DNA of 63,922 nt, filler included, from Acidimicrobiia bacterium (GTDB taxonomy: Bacteria > Actinomycetota > Acidimicrobiia > Spongiisociales > CAZKJJ01), in the NCBI GenBank assembly GCA_046759765.1. It is 9 parts of 9 records of this genome, joined end to end, with 100 filler letters (N's around TTAATTAATTAA, not from the genome) between each part and the next. Parts side by side here need not be neighbours in the genome. Positions count along the whole stretch, not along the records: positions 54,745 to 62,025 come from JBHICV010000126.1; positions 62,126 to 63,922 come from JBHICV010000294.1; 7 more parts are not named here. One strand, 5' to 3'. This document shows positions 56,970-63,922 of the stretch, piece after piece. Made by a program: the position numbers and the translations under genes. Each line of letters begins with the position of its first letter. Position 1 is the first letter of the stretch. Under the pieces are notes generated by a model. That model did no database searches, was not told the origin of the DNA, and saw only the letters and a program-made list of their open reading frames with translations.

Positions 56970-59900
56970 TCAGGACCCTCCGACGGTCAGTTCGGTGGCG
57001 GGGACGAAATTATCGACCGGGAAGCCAGTCGGCAGGCAGCTGACGTCGTGAGTACCGGTGTCCAGCACCGCGTACCAGGGCGCCTCGTCGTTGCCTTGCG
57101 CGTGCACAAAGCCCGAGAGATACTCACCGTCCACGTTGAAAGTACCTGCGCCTGCGAGCTGTGACGAGGTATTGACAAAGTCGAATTGGACCACCGTGCC
57201 ATCCGCGAAGCTGCTAGCTCCGTCGTAGTGGCACGTGACTCCATCCCACGTCACCGTGGCAACTGCGGAAACATCAGCGACGTCGATGAAGAACGGCGAA
57301 GGAGGCGGCTCGTCCGGCACCTGCGGAACCACGATGTCCCCGGAGATGATCTGGCTCTTGTAACCATTCACGACTTCGATGGTACGCGGAGCGAGGTGGC
57401 CTCCCTCGGTTGAGAAATCGACCCCTTCGTCAGCGAGGTTCAACAACCGGATGCCGGGTGTGAAGCCGTCTTCGACAAAGTCCTTGATGACCTCGTAAAG
57501 GGCGGTGTCATACCGCTTGATCATCGAAGTCAGGATGTAGGGCTTGAGATGATCGGGTTGAAGTAGGTACTCGTCCGCATCGACGCCGATCGCCCATTGC
57601 CCGTGGTCGCTGGCTGCCTCCACGACCCCGAGTCCGGAGAAACCCGCGGCGTGAAACACCACACCCGCCCCCTGTTCGAAGAGTTCGCTTGCTGCCGCGC
57701 GACCGCGCTCGGGGGATGTGAAGCCATCGAACCAGTACGAGAGGTAAGCCGTGCGGACCTCGATTTCCGGATCGACTTCTCTCGCCCCGGCTATGTACCC
57801 GGCTCGGAATGCCTCGATCTGGGCAAACGCCGACATCCCACCGACGAAGCCGATGGTGCCGGTCTGCGACTCGAGCGCGGCGGCTGCTCCCACGAGATAG
57901 GAGCCCTCCTCTACGGCGAAGACGACGGAGGCCACATTTGGCTGGACGATCGGGGCGTCGATAACCACGTACTTCGCATCCGGAAACTCAGGCGCGATGC
58001 TCTCCACGTTGAACTGAAAGTCGAGGCCGGTGACGATCAGATCGGCGCCCCCGTCGGACAGGTCGCGCAAGACACCCTCCGGGTCCGCCAGCACCGGTTC
58101 CTCTACGGGATCGAACGCAAAATCGCGCGTCGCCCTGTCGATTCCGATGGCCATAAGATCGTCGATCGGGCCCCTTCCCCGATCGATCCCCACGATGGCT
58201 ACGGTGGGCCGGAGGGCTCCTACCAACAGCACTCCCCCGATGACCGCCAGCGCCACGACCGCGGCCACGGCCGCCCAGAGGCCGCGTCGGGCCCGCCGTC
58301 GCAGCCGAATCTCCTGCGCGTCTCTAGCTTCCTCGGCCTCTCGCTCAGCCTCCCGTCGCTCGAGCGCCGCCTCGAGGTACTCACGCTCGGTTTCGGTGAG
58401 CCTCAGCGCCGTTTCGTCACGCCATTGCTGGTATTGATCGAGTCGGGCTCCGGTCAACAGGTAGTCAGGATCTCGGTCCGCGGCAAGCCACTCGTCGACC
58501 GCGACGGCGTAGGTCGCATGTCGGCGGAGGTCCTCCCGGCTCTGATCGATCCACTCCCGCAGTCGTTCCCACTCCCGCAGGAGCGCCTCGTGGGCCACCT
58601 CCACCGTTGGAGCTCCGGAGGCCTGGTCACGGTCGAACGTCAAGAGCCGGTGCTCCCCAAAGATAGCGATGGCCGCCTGCATCGCCACCTTGTCCACCTC
58701 CAGGGCGGTGATCTCGGACGCCAGGACCCTTCGCCGGCTGTCCTCGGCCTCTTCCGTGACCGCCACGAGCCTGAGCAAAAGCTGCCGGGCAGCTTCCTGC
58801 TCTTCCGGTTCGAGCTGGTGGTAGAGCTCATCGGCTCGCCTGGTCAAGGAGCCGCGCAGGCCGCCGATCGTCCGATAAGTCGAGATCGTCAGCGTGTCAC
58901 CCTCGCGCCGGTCGAAGAGATCCGCCAGGGTGTATTGGAACAGGGGGAGCGCCCCGGGCTCATCGGCGACGTCGGTGATGAGCTCGGCGAGCAAGGCGGA
59001 CTCCAGGGACACACCACTCTTCCGGGCCGGTTGCACTGCGGCAGCTTCCAGCTCCTCTGCGGAGAGTGGCATCACGTTGATCACATTCGACGTGAGCAGC
59101 TCTCCGAACTCCGGATAGAGCAACGGTCGTCCATAGAAATCGGCACGCAGCGTTAGGACGACGTCGATGCGGCCCCGCGGGTCCTCGACTGCGGTGGCGA
59201 GGTTGGTGAGAAACCGCCGCCGCTCGTGTTCATCCTCGACGAGGGTGAAGAGCTCCTCGAATTGGTCGATCACCAGCACCACGTGGGAATCTTCTGAGGG
59301 AAGAACCCGCAACGCCGCTCGCAGTAGGCCAGTCGTCTCTTGTTGGAGCTGGTCGCTCAGACTCTGAGGAGGATCGAGGGTGGAACGGAGAAGCGCGGCC
59401 TCCAGCTCGGCGAAGGGATGGGCGCCGGGCAGCATTTGGGCGACCAGCCACAGGTCCGATCCGGGAAGAGCCGCCTTGCGGAGCTCTGGAAGCAGACCTG
59501 CTCGGACGACGCTCGATTTGCCGGAGCCGCTCGGTCCGATCAGAGCCAAGAGCCGATCCTGGCCTGAGAGCTTCTCAAGCAACGCGGCCACCAGGCGCTC
59601 TCGCCCGAAGAAGTCCTCGGCGTCGTCTTCTCGGAAGGGGCGCAACCCCTTGTACGGGTTGGGAGGTCCGACGGCCAGACTCAGCGCTCCCTCTTCCACC
59701 TCGGTGGGCCGGAGCTCCGGAAAGTCTGAGAGAAGGCCTTCGATCACGAGCTGAAAGACCCGCTCGGGTTCGGGAATGCCCTTGAACGTGTATTCGCCGA
59801 GGTCGATCAGTTCCGCGGAGGAGCCGGATTCGCTCACCTCGGTCTGAGCCATAGAGGACAGCAGGACCTGTCCGCCGTGGCCCGCGGCCACCATGCGTGC

Positions 59901-61010
59901 CGCCCGGTTCAGCGCCGGACCGAAGTAGTCGGTGCCTCGTCGACGGGTTTCACCCACATAGATCGCCATCCTTGCCCGGAGCTCTCCCAGATGTCCCCAG
60001 TCCTCGGCGGCTAAACGCCGCTGAGCCGACTCGGCGGCCGAGACGGCCGACGACGGATCAGGCAGGTTGGCGAGAAGACCATCGCCGGTCCCCTTGAAGA
60101 CAGCCCCTCCGGCCTCCATGACGGCCGTCCGGATGATCTCGTCGTGCCGTTCCAGGGCCGGAGCCATGGCATCCGCATCGAGCTCCCAGAGAGCCGTGCT
60201 GCCTTCGAGGTCGGTGATCAGGATGGTCGCCTCCACGACCTCCTCGAGGTCCAGCTCGAGTGTCGGATCCTGAAGCAGGATCCGCTCCTCGAGGCGACGC
60301 AACTCAGCGGACGGCTCGATCCCGAGCTCGGAGGCGAGAGTGCTTCGCGACCGGTCGTACGCTCGGAGGGCGTCAGCGTGGCGGCCTGACCGGTACAAAG
60401 CAACCATCAGCTGGGAAACCAGGCGTTCCCGCGTCGGGTGCTCCCCGGATAAGGACTCGAGCTCGCTGACCAGCTCCTCGGACTGTCCTCGCTTCAAGTC
60501 GGCTTCGATCCGGTATTCGACCGCCCCCAAACGCAGCTCTTCGAGTCGGGCGATCTCGGACTGTGTAAACGACTCGCGGGCGAAGTCCTCAAATGCGGAG
60601 CCTCGCCACAACTCCAAGGCTTTCAGGAGTGTTCCCGATGCCGCGTCGGGATCTCTGTCGACCAGTTCCCTGCCTTCCGTGGTCATCTGCTCGAACCGGA
60701 ACGCGTCGATCTCCTCCGGATTGATCGACAGGAGATACCCGGACTCCCTCGTGAGCAGAATCGTGCTTTCGGCTTGTTCGGTGCGATCCGGCTCCAGCGC
60801 GGTCCGAAGGCGGGAGACGTGCGCGAACAGCGTGTCCCGCTTGCCTTCGGCTCCTTCTCCCCATAGCTCTTCGAGGACCCGTTCAGTGGATACGACCTGG
60901 TTGGCATGGATGAGCAAGAGGGCCAACAGTGCCCTCTGCTTTAGCGGTCCGAGATCGATCGAGCGGCCCTCGGCCGAGACCTCAAGTGGCCCGAGAACGC
61001 GAAAATCCAA
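56970..61010 (-). CDS. SARP wHTH + BTAD + class III cyclase + nSTAND1 NTPase + TM + BMP-family ligand-binding domain
   Basis: FRVLGPLEV; PTRERL...LM.ALYRSGR; TDLEGST, GTGDG, NRAAR; NPYKGL, GPSGSGKSS, IDQFEELF, LRADF; TM GLWAAVAAVVALAVIGGVLLVGAL; BMP EEGSYLVG, GFVGG, IGVDAD, LTSMIKR. TTG at 61010 follows GAGGG. Confidence 0.9.
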   Translation of the reverse strand: MDFRVLGPLEVSAEGRSIDLGPLKQRALLALLLIHANQVVSTERVLEELWGEGAEGKRDTLFAHVSRLRTALEPDRTEQAESTILLTRESGYLLSINPEEIDAFRFEQMTTEGRELVDRDPDAASGTLLKALELWRGSAFEDFARESFTQSEIARLEELRLGAVEYRIEADLKRGQSEELVSELESLSGEHPTRERLVSQLMVALYRSGRHADALRAYDRSRSTLASELGIEPSAELRRLEERILLQDPTLELDLEEVVEATILITDLEGSTALWELDADAMAPALERHDEIIRTAVMEAGGAVFKGTGDGLLANLPDPSSAVSAAESAQRRLAAEDWGHLGELRARMAIYVGETRRRGTDYFGPALNRAARMVAAGHGGQVLLSSMAQTEVSESGSSAELIDLGEYTFKGIPEPERVFQLVIEGLLSDFPELRPTEVEEGALSLAVGPPNPYKGLRPFREDDAEDFFGRERLVAALLEKLSGQDRLLALIGPSGSGKSSVVRAGLLPELRKAALPGSDLWLVAQMLPGAHPFAELEAALLRSTLDPPQSLSDQLQQETTGLLRAALRVLPSEDSHVVLVIDQFEELFTLVEDEHERRRFLTNLATAVEDPRGRIDVVLTLRADFYGRPLLYPEFGELLTSNVINVMPLSAEELEAAAVQPARKSGVSLESALLAELITDVADEPGALPLFQYTLADLFDRREGDTLTISTYRTIGGLRGSLTRRADELYHQLEPEEQEAARQLLLRLVAVTEEAEDSRRRVLASEITALEVDKVAMQAAIAIFGEHRLLTFDRDQASGAPTVEVAHEALLREWERLREWIDQSREDLRRHATYAVAVDEWLAADRDPDYLLTGARLDQYQQWRDETALRLTETEREYLEAALERREAEREAEEARDAQEIRLRRRARRGLWAAVAAVVALAVIGGVLLVGALRPTVAIVGIDRGRGPIDDLMAIGIDRATRDFAFDPVEEPVLADPEGVLRDLSDGGADLIVTGLDFQFNVESIAPEFPDAKYVVIDAPIVQPNVASVVFAVEEGSYLVGAAAALESQTGTIGFVGGMSAFAQIEAFRAGYIAGAREVDPEIEVRTAYLSYWFDGFTSPERGRAAASELFEQGAGVVFHAAGFSGLGVVEAASDHGQWAIGVDADEYLLQPDHLKPYILTSMIKRYDTALYEVIKDFVEDGFTPGIRLLNLADEGVDFSTEGGHLAPRTIEVVNGYKSQIISGDIVVPQVPDEPPPSPFFIDVADVSAVATVTWDGVTCHYDGASSFADGTVVQFDFVNTSSQLAGAGTFNVDGEYLSGFVHAQGNDEAPWYAVLDTGTHDVSCLPTGFPVDNFVPATELTVGGS

Positions 61011-61136
61011 CTGGCGACCCTCTGTAGCCTCGCGCAAGGCTAGGAGCTACACGACCCCGCCGACTCCGAAATAGGTCCGCAGCGACTGCGTGACTCAGTG
61101 GTTCCTTCCCGTCGACAAATGCGCTGGCTGAGCGGT

Positions 61137-61676
61137 TCAGGTCTGTGCATCGGCGACGCTGACGTCTGTCTCGGCGGTTTCGTCGCCGACCGTGACGCTG
61201 ACGGTGTAGGTGCCGTCGGCTAGGTAAAGGTTGTCGCCGAAGTGGGGTTCCCTTACCCGGTGATTGGTAAGCAGACATGCCGTCACATAGGGAATCTCGC
61301 CGCTGGCATGCGGCTCAGCGGCGAACTCTCTGAAGGTCCCGGTAGCAGGGTCGGTGATCCCCACAGTGGGCACCAGGTCCTTTATCTCGGCTCCGCTGCT
61401 CTTATCGAAGACATGGACTTCGAGATGATGATTGACCGGCTGTCCCTGATCCACGAAAGTCATGGTCGCCCCCTCCATCATCACCTCCAGCTCCACCGCA
61501 GGCCCAGTCCTCACCAGAATCCGATACGAGGCCGTCTCAGTGGTGTGATCCGCCCACTCCGTCAAGGCTTCTTCCACCATCGCCGCGGTTGTAACGGTGG
61601 GCTGTGCGGTGTCAGGGGCTCCGCCGCAGGCAGCTGCCACCAAGATCACCGCGGGGACTAAAGCCGCTTTGCGCAT
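61137..61676 (-). CDS. Lipoprotein, possible p19/FetP-like metal-binding protein
   Basis: Lipobox AAAC; HHLEVH and PHFGDNLYL.DGTY resemble HLE..H and PHYGxN of the p19 family. Confidence 0.55.
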   Translation of the reverse strand: MRKAALVPAVILVAAACGGAPDTAQPTVTTAAMVEEALTEWADHTTETASYRILVRTGPAVELEVMMEGATMTFVDQGQPVNHHLEVHVFDKSSGAEIKDLVPTVGITDPATGTFREFAAEPHASGEIPYVTACLLTNHRVREPHFGDNLYLADGTYTVSVTVGDETAETDVSVADAQT

Positions 61677-61971
61677 CGTCTCGCCCCCATGAGCTTGGCC
61701 ATACAGGGACGCCGGCCCATTGTGTCACTACTCGGATCAGCTAGCCAGGATGATTCTCCCAGCTCGCCGGCGCCGATCGGCTAAGAACCACCCACGCTGA
61801 GATGGGCGCGCCTCGGGCGCACACGGCATGAGAAAGCGGTCCCACGTCAACACCTGAATCCCGCTCAGAGGTGATGCGACGAAACCCCGTCAGACGAAGC
61901 AGGTTGGGGAGATCGAGCACATGATTCCCAAGATCGGCACTCAGGCGGGAGTTTGAATTGCGACGAGACTG

Positions 61972-62018
61972 TGGAGGTAACGGGATTTGAACCCGTGGCC
62001 TCTTGCATGCCATGCAAG
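61972..62018 (-). mobile_element. 3' fragment of tRNA-Ala(GGC), probable att direct repeat
   Basis: CTTGC-AT-GGC-AT-GCAAG-AGGCC-ACGGG-TTCAAAT-CCCGT-TACCTCC-A. The 7 nt upstream (CCCAGAT) do not resemble a tRNA-Ala D-arm 3' strand. Confidence 0.65.
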
Positions 62019-62025
62019 ATCTGGG

Positions 62026-62125
62026 NNNNNNNNNNNNNNNNNNNNNNNNNNNNNNNNNNNNNNNNNNNNTTAATTAATTAANNNNNNNNNNNNNNNNNNN
62101 NNNNNNNNNNNNNNNNNNNNNNNNN
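62026..62125. other. Artificial contig linker
   Basis: N44-TTAATTAATTAA-N44. Confidence 0.99.
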
Positions 62126-63905
62126 CTGATCGGCTGATGACCTTGAGCACCTCGGCGGTGGCGGTCTGCTGCTCCAGGGCCTCGGTGAGGTCGCGGTTCC
62201 GAGCCTCGAGCTCCTGGAACAGGCGGACGTTCTCGATAGCGATGACCGCCTGATCGGCGAAGGTCTTGAGAAGGGCGATCTGCTTGTCCGAGAAAGGGCC
62301 CGGCTCACGTCTCGCTACGACGATAGTGCCGACGGGCTTCTCTTCTCGAAGCATCGGTACGGAGAGCATGCTTCGCCAGCCTCCGGCGATCGCGCCCTCG
62401 CGCCGGTACTCGGGATCACTCAGAACGTCATCAACTTGGACAACCGTGCGACTGAGGATTGCTCGCCCCGACATTTGGGCGCGGCTCGGACGCATGGGAT
62501 AGATGCGTTGGAAGAACTCTCGCGCCTCAGGCGTAAAGTTGTGGTGGGCTACCATGTGCACGAGCTCGCCATCAAACCGCTGGAGCGCGCTGAAGACAGC
62601 GCCGCAGAGCCTCACGGCGTTCCGCACGATGGTGTCGAAGACGGGCTGTACGTCGGTCGGCGAGCTGCTGATGACACCGAGAATGTCGCTGGTGGCAGTC
62701 TGCTGGCCAAGGGCCTCCGTGAGGTCGCGGTTCCGGACCTGGAGCTCCTGGAACAGGCGGACATTCTCAATGGCGATGACTGCCTGATCCGCGAAGGTCT
62801 TGAGTAGCTCGATCTGCCTATCCGGGAACGGCCCAGGTTCGGGCCCGGCGACAGCGATCACCCCGATGGCGGTGCCCTCGCGGAGCATGGGGACGACCAG
62901 GAAGCTCTGGTACCCTCCCAGCCGCGCGTGAGCGACAGCCACCTCCGAGAGCCGTGAGTCGTTCTCGGTGTCCGAAACGTGGTAGATGACACCCTCGAGG
63001 ATGCTCCACCCGATCAATCCGGCCCGACGGGCCGGCCGGGGATAGAGCTGTACCCACGGAAACTTCGAGTCTTCTAGCAGCCCTTCCCCCGACGTGCCCG
63101 CCGCGAGGTGCACACGCTCGCCGTCGTAGAGGCCAACCATGCCCAGCACCGCGCCGCACAGCTTGGCCGCGCTCCGCGCGATGCCGTCGAAGACCGGCTG
63201 GGTTTCCGTCGGTGACTGACTGATGACCCGCAGGATCTCGCTCGTGGCCGTCTGCTGCTCCAGGGCTTCGGTGAGGTCGCGGTTGCGGGCCTGCAGTTCC
63301 TGAAAGAGACGCACGTTCTCGATGGCAATGACGGCCTGATCGGCAAAGGTCGTCACCAGCTCGATCTGCTTATCGGTGAACGGCTCCACTTCCGCCCTAA
63401 AGATGACGAATACTCCGAGGACGGCGTTCCCTCTGAGCATGGGAATTCCGAGCACGGTCCGGTAGGGAAACGCCTGGCGTGCCGCAAATGTATACTCGGG
63501 GTCGGCCAGGACGTCGGGAATATGGACCGGCCGCCGCTCCAGGACGGCCCTGCCCGCCGTGCTGTGCCGTCCCGGGGAGATTGGGTGACGCTCCAGGAAA
63601 TCGATCAGCTCCGCAGGGACATTGTAGTAGGCCGCCGCTCTGATAAGGACACCGTCGAATCGATGGATGAGTCCCATCTCGGCCGCGCAGAGTCTGACCG
63701 CGTTTTCGGTCAGGGTGTCGAGCACAGGCTGCAGGTCGAAGGCTGATCGACTGATGACCTTGAGCACCTCGGCGGTGGCGGTCTGCTGCTCCAGCGCTTC
63801 GGTCAGCTTCTTCTCGAGCCGGGCACTCTTCGCCATCTCCTGGTCGAGAGATTTCCGCAACGCCTGAACTTGGGCGGCGAGCTCAGCTTTGGTGGTCGGC
63901 GCCAT
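62126..63905 (-). CDS. Tandem multi-GAF sensor protein, N-terminal part (output domain off contig)
   Basis: Three full GAF units plus the start of a fourth, joined by LTEALEQQTAT..(I/V)L..IS and F.D.QI.L..TFADQAVIAIENVRLFQEL repeats. Confidence 0.93.
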
Positions 63906-63922
63906 CGCTCAACCTCGGGGAG

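Noticed and set aside
1..63922. CRISPR array, cas genes, rRNA, intact integrase or transposase
   Set aside because: No regularly spaced repeat-spacer units or recognisable motifs were seen by eye.

Overview
This window is not one continuous locus. It holds nine unrelated contigs (about 7.3-7.9 kb each, ordered by decreasing length) joined by 100-nt N44-TTAATTAATTAA-N44 linkers, so gene neighbourhoods are only meaningful within a contig. Most contigs look like a GC-rich Acidimicrobiia-type actinobacterium; contigs 5 and 9, and probably 7, look foreign (inference). Housekeeping content: tRNA-Asp/Phe, a TPP-riboswitch thiBPQ operon divergent from thiI, purB, a class E sortase, and a MerR-CopZ-P1B ATPase metal operon with a textbook 19-bp-spacer promoter. 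The strongest candidate for an undescribed system is on contig 4: a single protein joining SARP wHTH/BTAD, cNMP-binding, TPR-like, SLOG-like and class III nucleotide cyclase domains, translationally coupled to a TIR protein that keeps its catalytic Glu. Other leads are a membrane-spanning SARP-cyclase-nSTAND1-BMP receptor, a coupled methyltransferase/osmoprotectant ABC transporter/AsnB operon, a switch-like thiI leader, a tRNA-Ala att-like fragment, and many gene remnants and frameshifts. All calls come from reading motifs by eye; no searches were run.
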